A stretch of 64,000 nt of DNA, from assembly GCF_964204645.1 (NCBI RefSeq), contig NC_134032.1:16579452-16643451 (forward strand), in the 5' to 3' direction. Below, piece by piece: positions 39,601 through 54,289 of the stretch. Position 1 is the stretch's first letter. Every line of letters starts with the position of its first letter. The notes below the pieces were generated by a model. That model did no database searches. It saw only the letters and a program-made list of their open reading frames with translations, and was not told the origin of the DNA. The stretch comes from Tubulanus polymorphus (lineage: Eukaryota; Animalia; Nemertea). Both the position numbers and the translations under genes were made by a program.

Positions 39601-42600
39601 AAAAGGACGATCAGGAAACATAATCAATCCCAATTCACCAACATATATTACAATATATACACATAACCAACACCAGCGACATTTCAATGATTCAACCACC
39701 ACAAAGCTATCGATGGATAGCTGTTTTGAATATTTATACATTTAAAACGTAAAGTCGCAAAAAGGACGATCAGGAAACATAATCGATCCCAATTCACCGA
39801 CATATATTACAATATATACACAGGACCAACACCAGCGACATTTCAATGATTCAACCACCACAAAGCTATCGATGGACAGCTGTTTTGAATATTTATACAT
39901 TTAAAACGTAAAGTCGCAATAAGGACGATCAGGAAACATAATCAGTCCCAATTAACTGATCTATATTACAATATATACACTGAACCAACACCAGCGACAT
40001 TTCAATGATTCAACCACCACAAAGCTATCGATGGATAGCTGTTTTGAATATTTATACATTTAAAATGTTAAGTTGTAATGAGGACGATCAGGAAGCATAA
40101 CTCGCCCAAACTCAATATCACCCCATAACAGAGTGTAGTAATTAACACGCAGCAGCAAGCTGCAGTATTAAAGGAGGTCATCAGTGTTGTAACACACTGA
40201 TAATTCAGTTTGTTTGTCACGTTTCTACATGACAATTGAAGGAAGGAGGAGACTCCTGCACTCAATATCACCCCAAAACAGAGTGTACCAATTAACACGC
40301 AGCAGCAAGCTGCAGTATTAAAGGAGGTCATCAGTGTTGTAACACACTGGCAATTCAGTTTGTTTGTCACGTTTCTACATGACAATTGAAGAAGGAAGGA
40401 GGAGACTCCTGCACTCAATATCACCCCAAAACAGAGTGTATTAGTTAACACCAAGCAGCAAGCAGCAGTATTAAAGGAGGTCATCAGTGTTGTAACACAC
40501 TGACAATTCAGTTTGCTTGTCACGTTTCTACATGACAATTGAAGAAGGAAGGAGGAGACTCCTGCACTCAATATCACTCCAAAACAGAGTGTATTAATTA
40601 ACACCCAGCAGCAAGCAGCAGTATTAAAGGAGGTCATCAGTGTTGTAACACACTGACAATTCAGTTTGTTTGTCACGTTTCGACATGACAATTGATGAAG
40701 GAAGGAGGAGACTCCTGCACTCAATATCACTCCAGAACAGAGTGTATTAATTAACACCCAGCACCAAGCAGCAGTATTAAAGGAGGTCATCAGTGTTGTA
40801 ACACACTGACAATTCAGTTTGTTTGTCACGTTTCGACATGATAGTTGAAGAAGGAACGAGGAGACTCCTGATTTCAATATCACCCCAAAAACAAAGCCAG
40901 CAGCAAGCAGCAGTATTAAAGCAGGTCATCAGTGTTGTAACACACTGACAATTCAGTTTGTTTGTCACGTTTCTACATGACAGTTGAAGAAGGAAGGAGG
41001 AGACTCCTGCACTCAATATCACCCCTGAACAGAATGTATCAATTAACACGCAGCAGCAAGCAGCAGTATTAAAGGAGGTCATCAGTGTTGTAACACACTG
41101 ACAATTCAGTTTGTTTGTCACGTTTCGACATGACAGTTGAAGAAGGAAGGAGGAGACTCCTGATTTCAATATCACTCCAAAAACAAAGCCAGCAGCAAGC
41201 AGCAGTATCAAAGGAGGTCATCAGTGTTGGAACACACTGACAATTCAGTTTGTTTGTCACGTTTCTACATGGCAATTGAAGCAGGAAAGAGGAGACTCCT
41301 GAATTCAATATCACCCCAAAACAGAGCCAGCAGCAAGCAGCAGTATTTAAGGAGGATGATTTATGATGTTATAATGTTTAATGTAATTAGTCTTATTGTA
41401 ATAATGTTTAATGTAATAATTCAAGAAGTTCAGGGAAGGAGGTAAGAATTAACACGCACCAGCAACGTGCAGTATTGAAGGAGGCCATCAGTGTTGTACC
41501 AAACTGATAATTCAGTTTTTTTGTCACGTTTCTACGTGATAACTGAAGAAGGAAGGAGGAGACTCCTGCACTCAATATCACCCCTGAACAGAATGTATCA
41601 ATTAACAACCAGCACCAAGCAGCAGTATTAAAGGAGGCCATCAGTGTTGTAACAAACTGACAATTCAGTTTGTTTGTCACGTTTCTACATGACAGTTGAA
41701 GAAGGAAGGAGGAGACTCCTGAACTCAATATTACCCCAAAACAGAGTGTATTAATTAACACCCAGCAGCAAACAGCAGTATTAAAGGAGGTCATCAGTGT
41801 TGTAACACACTGACAATTTAGTTTGTTTGTCACGTTTCTACATGACAGTTAATAACCTCCAAGTGCAAGGAACCAAAGTGAAGCTATCAAACAATAGCAT
41901 CTTTGAGTATAACACCTTTAAAATCCGTAATATAATAATAATTTGCTGCTACAATATATACACAGAACCAACACCAGCGACATTTCAATGATTCAACCAC
42001 CACAAAGCTATCGATGGATAGCTGTTTTGAATATTTATACATTTAAAATGTTAAGTTGTAAAGAGGACGATCAGGAAGCATAACTCGCCCAAACTCAATA
42101 TCACCCCATAACAGAGTGTATTAATTAACACGCAGCAGCAAGCAGCAGTATTAAAGGAGGTCATCAGTGTTGTAACACACTGACAATTCAGTTTGTTTGT
42201 CACGTTTCTACGTGACAGTTGAAGAAGGAAGGAGGAGACTCCTGAACTCAATATTACCCCAAAACAGAGTGTATTAATTAACACCCAGCAGCAAGCAGCA
42301 GTATTAAAGGAGGTCATCAGTGTTGTACCACACTGACAATTTAGTTTGTTTGTCACGTTTCTACATGACAGTTAATAACCTCCAAGTGCAAGGAACCAAA
42401 GTGAAGCTATCAAACAATAGCATCTTAGAGTATAACACCTTTAAAATCCGTAATATTATAATAATTTGCTGCTACAATATATACGCAGAACCAACACCAG
42501 CGACATTTCAATGATTCAACCACCACAAAGCTATCGATCGATAGCTGTTTTGAATATTTATACATTTAAAACGTAAAGTCGTAATGAGGACGATCAGGAA

Positions 42601-45488
42601 ACATAATCAATCCCAATTCACCGACATATATTACAATATATACACAGAACCAACACCAGCGACATTTCAATGATTCAACCACCACAAAGCTATCGATGGA
42701 TAGCTGTTTTGAATATTTATACATTTAAAACGTAAAGTCGCAAAAAGGATGATCAGGAAACATAATCAGTCCCAAATCACCGACATATATTACAATATAT
42801 ACACTGAACCAACACCAGCGACATTTCAATGATTCAACCACCACAAAGCTATCGATGGATAGCTGTTTTGAATATTTATACATTTAAAACGTAAAGTCGC
42901 AATAAGGACGATCAGGAAACATAATCAATCCCAATTCACCGACATATATTACAATATATACACAGAACCAACACCAGCGACATTTCAATGATTCAACCAC
43001 CACAAAGCTATCGATAGATAGCTGTTTTGAATATTTATACATTTAAAACGTAAAGTCGCAAAAAGGACGATCAGGAAACATAATCAATCCCAATTCACCG
43101 ACATATATTACAATATATACACAGGACCAACACCAGCGACATTTCAATGATTCAACCACCACAAAGCTATCGATGGATAGCTGTTTTGAATATTTATACA
43201 TTTAAAACGTTAAGTCGCTATAAGGACGATCAGGAAACATAATCAGTCCCAATTCACCGACATATATTACGATATATACAATGTACCAACACCAGCGACG
43301 TTTCAATGATTCAACCACCACAAAGCTATCGATGGATAGCTGTTTTGAATATTTATACATTTAAAACGTTAAGTCGCAATAAGGACGATCAGGAAACATA
43401 ATCAATCCCAATTCACCGACATATATTACAATATATACACAGGACCAACACCAGCGACATTTCAATGATTCAACCACCACAAAGCTATCGATGGATAGCT
43501 GTTTTGAATACTTATACATTTAAAACGTAAAGTCGCGATGAGGACGATCAGGAAACATAATCAATCCCAATTCACCGATACATATTACAATATATATATA
43601 TACACAGAACCAACACCAGCGACATTTCAAAGATTCAACCACCACAAAGCTATCGATGGATAGCTGTTTTGAATATTTATACATTTAAAACGTAAAGTCG
43701 CAATAAGGACGATCAGGAAACATAATCAGTCCCAATTAACTGATATATATTACAATATATACACTGAACCAACACCAGCGACATTTCAATGATTCAACCA
43801 CCACAAAGCTATCGATGGATAGCTGTTTTGAATATTTATACATTTAAAATGTTAAGTTGTAATGAGGACGATCAGGAAGCATAACTCGCCCAAACTCAGT
43901 ATCACCCCATAACAGAGTGTATTAATTAACACGCAGCAGCAAGCTGCAGTATTAAAGGAGGTCATCAGTGTTGTAACACACTGACAATTCAGTTTGTTTG
44001 TCACGTTTCTACATGACAATTGAAGGAAGGAGGAGACTCCTGCACTCAATATCACCCCAAAACAGAGTGTATCAATTAACACGCAGCAGCAAGCTGCAGT
44101 ATTAAAGGAGGTCATCAGTGTTGTAACACACTGATAATTCAGTTTGTTTGTCACGTTTCTACATGACAATTGAAGGAAGGAGGAGACTCCTGCACTCAAT
44201 ATCACCCCAAAACAGAGTGTATCAATTAACACTCAGCAGCAAGCTGCAGTATTAAAGGAGGTCATCAGTGTTGTAACACACTGGCAATTCAGTTTTTTGT
44301 CACGTTTCTCATGACAATTGAAGAAGGAAGGAGGAGACTCCTGCACTCAATATCACCCCTGAACAGAGTGTATTAATTAACAACCAGCACCAAGCAGCAG
44401 TATTAAAGGAGGTCATCAGTGTTGTAACACACTGACAATTCAGTTTGTTTGTCACGTTTCTACATGACAGTTGAAGAAGGAAGGAGGAGACTCCTGCACT
44501 CAATAGCACCCCAAAACAGAGTGTATTAATTAACACCCAGCAGCAAGCAGCAGGATTATAGGAGGTCATCAGTGTTGTAACACACTGACAATTCAGTTTG
44601 TTTGTCACGTTTCTACATGACAGTTGAAGAAGGAAGGAGACTCCTGCACTCAATATCACTCCAAAACAGAGTGTATTAATTAACACCCAGCAGCAAGCAG
44701 CAGTATTAAAGGAGGTCATCAGTGTTGTAACACACTGACAATTCAGTTTGTTTGTCACGTTTCTACATGACAGTTGAAGAAGGAAGGAGGAGACTTCTGC
44801 ACTCAATATCACCCCTGAACAGAATGTATCAATTAACATCCAGCAGCAAGCAGCAGTATTTAAGGAGGTCATCAGTGTTGTAACACACTGACAATTCAGT
44901 TTGTTTGTCACGTTTCTACATGACAGTTGAAGAAGGAAGGAGGAGACTTCTGCACTCAATATCACCCCTGAACAGAATGTATCAATTAACATCCAGCAGC
45001 AAGCAGCAGTATTTAAGGAGGTCATCAGTGTTGTAACACACTGACAATTCAGATTGTTTGTCACGTTTCTACATGACAGTTGAAGAAGGAAGGAGGAGAC
45101 TCTTGCACTCAATAGCACCCCAAAACAGAGTGTATTAATTAACACCCAGCAGCAAGCAGCAGGATTATAGGAGGTCATCAGTGTTGTAACACACTGACAA
45201 TTCAGTTTGTTTGTCACGTTTCTACATGACAGTTGAAGAAGGAAGGAGGAGACTTCTGCACTCAATATCACCCCTGAACAGAATGTATCAATTAACATCC
45301 AGCAGCAAGCAGCAGTATTTAAGGAGGTCATCAGTGTTGTAACACACTGATAATTCAGTTTGTTAGTCACGTTTCTACATGACAGTTGAAGAAGGCAGGA
45401 GGAGACTCCTGAACTCAATATCACCCCAAAACAGAGTGTATTAATTAACACCCAGCACCAAGCAGCAGGATTAAAGGAGGTCATCAGT
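33628..45488. repeat. Higher-order satellite: alternating blocks of 159-bp (A) and 153-bp (B) monomers
   Basis: A blocks ~33628-35803, 37235-38130, 39012-40067, 41950-42050, 42473-43851. B blocks 35804-37134, 38131-38911, 40068-41849, 42051-42372, 43852-45488. Identical junction and linker sequences recur. Confidence 0.95.
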
Positions 45489-46727
45489 TATGATTTAGCA
45501 GTTATTTACCCATCGTGTTCTGTAGCACTTAACTTTCATCACTACCGATTGATTTAGCAGTGATTTACCCACAGTGTTTTGTAACACTTTACTTTCATCA
45601 CCACCAATTGATTTAGCAGTAATTGATCCATAGTTTGAAATGCGCTGCATTCAATAAGCAATTTCAAACTTTTCTATTGAGGAAACCACAGCAAAGAACT
45701 AAATGTATACAAACAATACGTGTCTTATTTAATTGTTGATGAGAGAGGAGAGAGAGAGGAGAGGAGGCATGTACACCTAACACAACGTTTAAAACTCAAT
45801 ATCACAACCAAAACAGAGTTGAATGATAGCAAGCATCAGCGACATGTAGTTTTTCAAATAAGGAAGTAATCAGTATTGTAAGTCACATCTATTTGACAAT
45901 TCAAGAAGGCAAGGGAGGGAGAAGAGACTCCAAAACTCAATATCACCCCTTAAACAGAGTGTAATGAGCAACATGCAGTAGCAAACAACAGTATTTGCCG
46001 CAGTAGCAAACAGCAGTATTTGCCGTTTTTAAAGGAGAAGAAAGGAGTATCTTCTGTATTTGATACTCATTTGATGTCATAGCAAGGCCATTACCGGGAG
46101 TTATAGAGAACAAAAGGAGAAGCCATGCCACCACAAGATTTTAATTGTCTATGATTTTGATATTGTATATAAAAATGGCACGATATATCACCTCGTAGCA
46201 GAGGAAGGAGGTATAACAACCGCAAGATCAGTACATCTATCAATGTTTCATTATATTTATCATTGTTTCAAGACACCAACTTTCAGTGTTTTGTAACACT
46301 TTAACTTTCATTACCACCAATTGATTTAGCAAAAATTCATCCACAGTGTTTTTATAACTCTTAACTTTCAGATTTGTGTCTTACTTTTTTCGTGATGAGA
46401 GAGGAGAGAGAGAAGTCTTGTAGGAAATGTAGCGATACACCTATCAAAGCTTTTTTACAAATGCAAATCAGTCTATTCTAGACTATGGACGTTTGTTGCT
46501 GGAGGAGACAAACTGTATTCCAATCGAAACCCTTTTAGCTTTTTCTTAGAGAGATCGAACCCACAAGACGTCTGGCAAAGGCTTCAAACATTTTGATAAC
46601 TGTTAGCGCAGAGCCAATGATAAAATCAGCATTTATCATCATGAAAACCAAAGCTGAAAACTGCAAACCAGTGAAGGGAAGTATGCACAATCGATGAGAT
46701 GATTGTTAATTTAATGTAATGGTATCA

Positions 46728-47178
46728 ATGCTACGAATGTATGTAAAAAGTGAACGTAATAGTTTGAAACCAAGATTGAATGCATTCATTTTGTTGTATT
46801 GAATAAAGTGTGTTCCGATGAAAATGATTAAAATCGCCTCTAAAATAGTTTCAATTAAAAAATATTCCGGAATGTAATATACAGAAAAAATTAAAATCAT
46901 AAATATATATATATATACACTAATAAAAAGAAATGGATTACTATTTACAAATCTACAATATCTACAAGAAAAATAAAAACTACTATTTACAAATTTACAA
47001 TATCTACAAGAAAAATAAAAACTACTATTTACATATTTACAATATTTACAAGATAGAAATAAAAACTGCTATTTACAAATTTACAATATTTACAAGAGAA
47101 ATAAAAACTACTATTTACAAATTTACAATATTTACAAGAGAAATAAATAATACTATCTACATATTTACAATATTTACA

Positions 47179-47213
<35 letters not shown>

Positions 47214-50200
47214 GGAGAGAGAAAGAGAGAGAGAGAGGAGAGTGTTGAGAGAGAGAGAAGGGAGAGAGAAGGGAGGAAGGAGAGCGGTGAGAGGAAGAAA
47301 GGAGAGGAGAGAGTTAGTGGGTTAGAGAAAGAGGAAGAGAGTTAGTGGGTTAGAGACAAAGGGAAAGAACATAGAGTGGGAAAGGATAGAGACAGAGAGG
47401 GAAAGGATAGAGACAGAAAGGGAAAGGATAGAGACAGAAAGGGAAAGGATAGAGACAGAAAGGGAAAGGATAGAGGTAGAAAGGGAAAGGATAGAGGTAG
47501 AAAAAGAAGGGGTTAAAAAGAGGCAGTTTAACGTCATACCACAGGACAAATAGATAAAAATCACTGATAAAATGTATGGATAAAACGTATTGTTAAAAAG
47601 AGGCAGTTTAACGTCGTACCACAGGACAAATAGATAAAAATCACTGATAAAATGTATGGATAAAACGTATTGTTAAAAAGAGGCAGTTTAACGTCGTACC
47701 ACAGGACAAATAGATAAAAATCACTGATAAAATGTATGGATAAAACGTATTGTTAAAAAGAGGCAGTTTAACGTCGTACCACAGGACAAATAGATAAAAA
47801 TCACTGATAAAATGTATGGATAAAACGTATTGTTAAAAAGAGGCAGTTTAACGTCGTACCACAGGACAAATAGATAAAAATCACTGATAAAATGTATGGA
47901 TAAAACGTATTGTTAAAAAGAGGCAGTTTAACGTCGTACCACAGGACAAATAGATAAAAATCACTGATAAAATGTATGGATAAAACGTATTGTTAAAAAG
48001 AGGCAGTTTAACGTTGTACTACAGGACAACTTGTAAACAGAGGAACACTAGCTATACTACTTATATGTTACTAGGTATTTTAGACAATTCTATAAAATTC
48101 TATAATTATTTCAACCTCTGCAATTTTAATTCTACAAGTCATCTTTGAAAACGTTTATATGAGATAAACTAACAAAACATAACGTAGCATTGAATTAATA
48201 TTAATGTAATCAGGAGCTGTAAATCTGAAATCAACCATCATCCATAAATGAGGAGGCGGGACTAATGCAATGAAATAATATCAATGCTCCAAGGTTAAAA
48301 TGTCGTTAAAACAATAGATGCAACAAGTGATATCCGGATCAAACTAAGATTGGATGTTGTTTTGAATACTAAAATTATTCGATAGAATTAAAAATATTAA
48401 TTATCAATTAAATCTATATCAAAATTTGAGCAAACGTGATGAAGTAATTTGCCAGCATCTGTATACATGGAACCACCACCCGAAGATTGATATATTTATG
48501 TAGCTATCACAGGACAGCACGTTTAAAACGGAAAATCGCAATTATGCAAACATGATTGAGTATCACGATTTGCCAGTATACATGGAATCACCAACTGAAG
48601 ATTTAAGATATATCACAGGGTGACTGTATATTCAAATATAATGATGAAAATGTGAATGTTTTACATTTTCACATACACCAAAGGAGAGATGTAGTTTATG
48701 GCAGTTATCAGCGACGCCAATGAGATGCAGTCAGTAATCACCCGTAATCAACTAAAGCAGCAATCAGTGTTGTTTGTCACCAACAATTCAGTAAATGTCA
48801 CATTTATTTACACTTGAAGAAGGTAAAGGCAGGAGTGAGAGGAAAGTATGCACAATCAATGAGATGATTGTTCATAGCTGCAACCAATGGAGTGAACTGT
48901 AACCAGTAAGGGAAAGTATGCACATTCAATGAGATGATTGTTCATAGCTGCAAACCATGGAGTGAACTGTAACCAGTAAGAGAAAGTATGCACAATCAAT
49001 GAGATGATTGTTCATAGCTGCAAACAATGGAGTGAACTGTAACCAGTAAGGGAAAGTATGCACAATCAATGAGATGATTGTTCATAGCTGCAACCAATGG
49101 AGTGAACTGTAACCAGTAAGGGAAAGTATGCACAATCAATGAGATGATTGTTCATAGCTGCAAACAATGGAGTGAACTGTAACCAGTAAGGGAAAGTATG
49201 CACAATCAATGAGATGATTGTTCATAGCTGCAACCAATGGAGTGAACTGCAACCAGTGAGGGGGAATTATATCGCAAACCAGTGAGGGGAAAGTATGCAC
49301 AATCAATGAGATGATTGTTCATAGCTGCAACCAATGGAGTGAACTGTAACCAGTAAGGGAAAGTATGCACAATCAATGAGATGATTGTTCATAGCTGCAA
49401 CCAATGGAGTGAACAGCAACCAGTGAGGGGGAATTATATCGCAAACCAGTGAGGGGAAAGTATGCACAATCAATGAGATGATTGTTCATAGCTGCAACCA
49501 ATGGAGTAAACTTCAACCAGTGAGGGGGAATTATATCGCAAACCAGTGAGGGGAAAGTATGCACAATCAATGAGATGATTGTTCATAGCTGCAACCAATG
49601 AAGTGAACAGCGAACAGTGAGGGGAAAATTTGCACAGTCATTTACAAACAAGTGATGGTTAAATACACTTGCAAGCTAACAGATCAGAGATCACAGGAAG
49701 CAACATCAATCCAATCCTTATTTCTTGACATATGATATAAAATGCTCTTCAGCCTGTGACAAAATGTCTTCGATGTAATACGCTTATTACTATATGCTTA
49801 ACTAGAATCTTCTTTCAAATATTAAATCAAAAGGAGGAGGGACTAATTTAATGTTACGAATGTATGTAAAAAGTGAACGTAATAGTTTTAAACCAAGATT
49901 GAATGCATTCATTTTGTTGTATTGAATAAAGTGTGTTCCGATGGAAATGATTAAAATCGCCTCTTAAATAGTTTCAATTAAAAAATAAATATTTTAAGTT
50001 TGAAAATTTTAAACGTTTTCTTTAAAATGTACAAATAATTGTTTAAAAAAGAAAATATTCCGGAATGTAATATACAGAAAAAATTAAAATCATAAATATA
50101 TATATATATATATATACACTAATAAAAAGAAATTGATTACTATTTACAAATTTACAATATCTACAAGAAAAATAAAAACTACTATTTACATATTTACAAT

Positions 50201-51204
50201 ATTTACAAGAGAAATAAAAACTACTATTTACATATTTACAATATTTACAAGAGAGAAATAAAAACTACTATTTACAAATTTACAATATTTACAAGAGAAA
50301 TAAAAACTACTATCTACATATTTACAATATTTACAAGACAGAGAGAAAGAGAGAAAAGAGAGAGAGAGGAGAGAGAAAGAGAGAGAGAGAGGAGAGTGTG
50401 GAGAGAGAGAGAAGGGAGAGAGAAGGGATGAAGGAGAGCGGTGAGAGGAAGAAAGGAGAGGAGAGAGTTAGTGGGTTAGAGAGAGAGGAAGAGAGAGTTA
50501 GTAGGTTAGAAAAAGAGGGAGAGAGTTAGTGGGTTAGAGACAAAGGGAAAGAACATAGAGAGGGAAAGGATAGAGAGAGGAAAAGGATAGAGACAGAGAG
50601 GGAAAGGATAGAGACAGAAAGGGAAAGGATAGAGGTAGAAAGGGAAAGGATAGAGGTAGAAAAAGAAGGGGTTAAAAAGAGGCAGTTTAACGTCATACCA
50701 CAGGACAAACAGATAAAAATCACTGATAAAATGTATGGATAAAACGTATTGTTAAAAAGAGGCAGTTTAACGTTGTACTACAGGACAACTTGTAAACAGA
50801 GGAACACTAGCTATACTACTTATATCTTACTAGGTATTTTAGACAATTCTATAAAATTCTATAATTATTTCAACCTCTGCAATTTTAATTCTACAAGTCA
50901 TCTTTGAAAACGTTTATATGAGATAAACTAACAAAACATAACGTAGCATTGAATTAATATTAATGTAATCAGGAGCTGTAAATCTGAAATCAACCATCAG
51001 CCATAAATGAGGAGGCGGGACTAATGCAATGAAATAATATCAATGCTCCAAACTTATAGGTTCAAATCTCGTTAAAACAATAGATGCAACAAGTGATATC
51101 CGGATCAAACTAAGATTGAATGCATTCATTCTGTTGTTTTGAATATTAAAATTATTCGATAGAATTAAAAATATTAATTATCAATTAAATCTATATCAAA
51201 ATTT
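46728..51204 (+). repeat. Direct segmental duplication (~46728-48428 vs ~49851-51204)
   Basis: Both copies carry the same unique sequence, ~37-bp AT-rich repeats, GA-rich tract and 80-bp unit. The 80-bp unit has ~6.5 copies in copy 1 (47512-48030) and ~1.5 in copy 2. Confidence 0.9.
48840..49630. repeat. 70-bp tandem repeat (with ~97-bp variants)
   Basis: GGAAAGTATGCACAATCAATGAGATGATTGTTCATAGCTGCAACCAATGGAGTGAACTGTAACCAGTAAG at 48841, 48911...; a relic copy at ~46660-46707. Confidence 0.92.
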
Positions 51205-51676
51205 GCACTAAAATAGTTCGATTTGATGTATAGATATTATGAAGTTTAGAAAATTAAAAAGGTTTTTAAAAGATCATATTTGAAATAATCATTAAAATCC
51301 AAAGTTTGACAGATATCTAAAAAATATAAACAAATAGAACTCAAAATCAATGAAAAATCTAAAAAGAAATATTATATATACAAATAAAAAGCTATTCAAA
51401 AAGTTACATTACGTACAAGTATAGTGTTAGTCCAGATAAAATGTGTCGATCATTTTGATGAAATATCATATATATCAATCATAATGGGAACCCAAGTGAT
51501 TTCAGATTGGAATAACTGGGCCAGGCCAATCACTCACTCGATGATCACCAATTACTGGTACTACACAACCACAGAAAGAGTGGTTTTTACCGCGCGGTAT
51601 ATTAGGCCAGGTGCACCTCCCACCAATAATGCTGCCTATTATGTTTGGCTTTTTGTGTGTTGATATGTACATCGAT

Positions 51677-52028
51677 ACATCCTCAATCACCAGGGTTTTA
51701 TTGTCGCCCACCGGCACTCACGCTTACACAAACCCTGGTTACAAACCCTTCATTGGTCTCTGACATTGTCCAAGATATCTCGGGTCGACAGGTTGCTGCT
51801 AAGCGGCCACCAATCTTTATATCTAGTCAATCAGATGTGTAGCGAAACTGCCGGCGAAAAACAACGCATCTGATTGACTAGATATAAAGACTGGTGGCCG
51901 CTCAGTGGTAACCAGTCTACCCAAGATATCTTGAGCAATGTAATAGACCAATGAAGAGTTGGCAGCCGGGGTTTATGTTGGCATGAGCTTCGGCAGACAA
52001 CAATTAAAACCTGGCAAGTGAGGATGAT
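51677..52028. mobile_element. Foldback/MITE-like long imperfect inverted repeat
   Basis: ~165-bp arms around a ~25-nt loop, e.g. GCGGCCACCAATCTTTATATCTAGTCAATCAGATG / CATCTGATTGACTAGATATAAAGACTGGTGGCCGC. Confidence 0.8.
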
Positions 52029-52326
52029 ATTGATATTGAATGAAAAAGCTGCATGAAATGTGTACGAGAACCTTGATAGCAGTGAAAAAAGATAAAAACA
52101 AGGGGTGCAGGAAGACCATGCCCTAGATCCTTAAAATTAAGCTAACATTAAAGATTATATATCAATGACTTGAGAGTTAATTCATTACTAATTAATCTAA
52201 TTAAGACAGTGCAAGTTCATCTAACAATAAAAATTAAATCATCTATTCTATAACTCCTGATGTAATTATCAATAACAAGAAAACAGGGGGTAATTGAAAC
52301 TGGTGTTAACGCTAAAATATTTTAAA

Positions 52327-52886
52327 CATTCATTGTTTTAATGATGATCCTGAGAGTGATTTCAACAATGATGAATTTACCCTCAGTTCATTCATTGTTT
52401 TAATGATGATCCTGAGAGTGATTTCAACAATGATGAATTTACCCTCAGTTCATTCATTGTTTTAATGATGATCCTGAGAGTAATTTCAACAATGATGAAT
52501 TAACCCTCAGTTCATTCATTGTTTTAATGATGATCCTGAGAGTAATTTCAACAATGATGAATTTACCCTCAGTTCATTCATTGTTTTAATGATGATCCTG
52601 AGAGTGATTTCAACAATGATGAATTTACCCTCAGTTCATTCATTGTTTTAATGATGATCCTGAGAGTGATTTCAACACTGATGAATTTACCCTCAGTTCA
52701 TTCATTGTTTTAATGATGATCCTGAGAGTAATTTCAACAATGATGAATTTACCCTCAGTTCAGTCATTGTTTTAATGATGATCCTGAGAGTAATTTCAAC
52801 AATGATGAATTCACCCTCAGTTCATTCATTGTTTTAATGATGATCCTGAGAGTAATTTCAACAATGATGAATTTACCCTCAGTTCA
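52327..52886. repeat. 62-bp minisatellite x~9
   Basis: CATTCATTGTTTTAATGATGATCCTGAGAGTGATTTCAACAATGATGAATTTACCCTCAGTT at 52327, 52389... Confidence 0.95.
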
Positions 52887-54289
52887 TCACATTCTAAGAT
52901 GTTACTATTTTATTCAGTGAAAATCTCTGAACTGCATAAAATAATGAGATCTTAAACGGGATTATTGATTAATAACCTGAGTGTAACTTATCATATCATA
53001 AGATAAATTGACGCTCAGTTTATCAGAGGTTTATACGTACTTTAAGTTAATATCAATAGTTACAACTTGATCAACTTGACCTAAACGAACTTAAACTTAA
53101 ACTAAACTAGAGTTAAATCAACTGGAACAAATTAAATCTAAAACAGCGAAAATTAATAAAATGACTTCACAAAAACCAACTAATCTAAACTAAGGCTAAC
53201 TTAACACTAGTGATTAATTATAAACGTGTCGTGCTCACAATTTAACAAATCCCAGTTCAACAGTTGTGCAATTGTATGTATTTAAATTCTTGTATCCAAA
53301 TCAAACTGTGGAACTGAGCACGGTTTTGTATGGAACGAAATAAATAAAATAAGAAAATCCGAGTGTATTTTTCATATGATGTTTTCAGCGACATATTTTG
53401 TTATGATGACAACAAATTAGCTTTGATTTATTTCATTTCTAAAAATACTATAGATTATCATTACGTTCAAAGACTAGTTTTGAAAAAGCCGAGATGACGT
53501 CCAATAAAAATAATAACATGACTGCTAGCATTTAGGCTAGAGGAAGTTCTAATTCAAAGATAGTATTGGACTTTACTACTATTTGTATATTGTGCAGGAA
53601 AATAAAGTTTGTCTGTTGTACTACAAGTGGTTATATTATTATATTTATCTGATGTCATTGAAAAATAATCTGACACGCCACCTAGTAGTGATTTTGTGAA
53701 TCTACGCTTCAATAATCTATGTCAATTTCATACGTCGAGATGCTGAAAATATCATATGAAAAATACACTTGGACCGTTTTTTTTTATTTATCGCATTCCA
53801 TTATTGTGAAACGCCGACTGAAAATGAGTGGATTTTCTGTAGCTAATAGAAAATTGAAAAAAAGCTATAAGAAAAAAGGTAAAGAAAGTATGAGAAAAAG
53901 TTCTCAATCACATTTCATATTTACTAAGCCTATATCAACTACGAGTAAAAGCTCTTTATGCGCGCACTATATACAGCATGGGCCTTTTATATAACCACTA
54001 TTTATATCTGTGTTGTGGACCACGTAATTGTGTCAAAGAGTATTGGTGATAAAACCTGGACCTTCAGTTATTCCATTCTCATAAAATCACTGGGGTTCGA
54101 ATATACACAGTGATTGTCAAATATAAAATATTTCATCAAATTGATCTTTTAGTTAGTATTGAAATACAAATAAATCATTGTTCTAAAAGGAATATATACA
54201 AATAAAATAGTTTTTAAATATATACAAATAAAATAGTTTAAAATGATACTTTGAGATAAAATATATACAAATGAAATAGTATAAAATTC

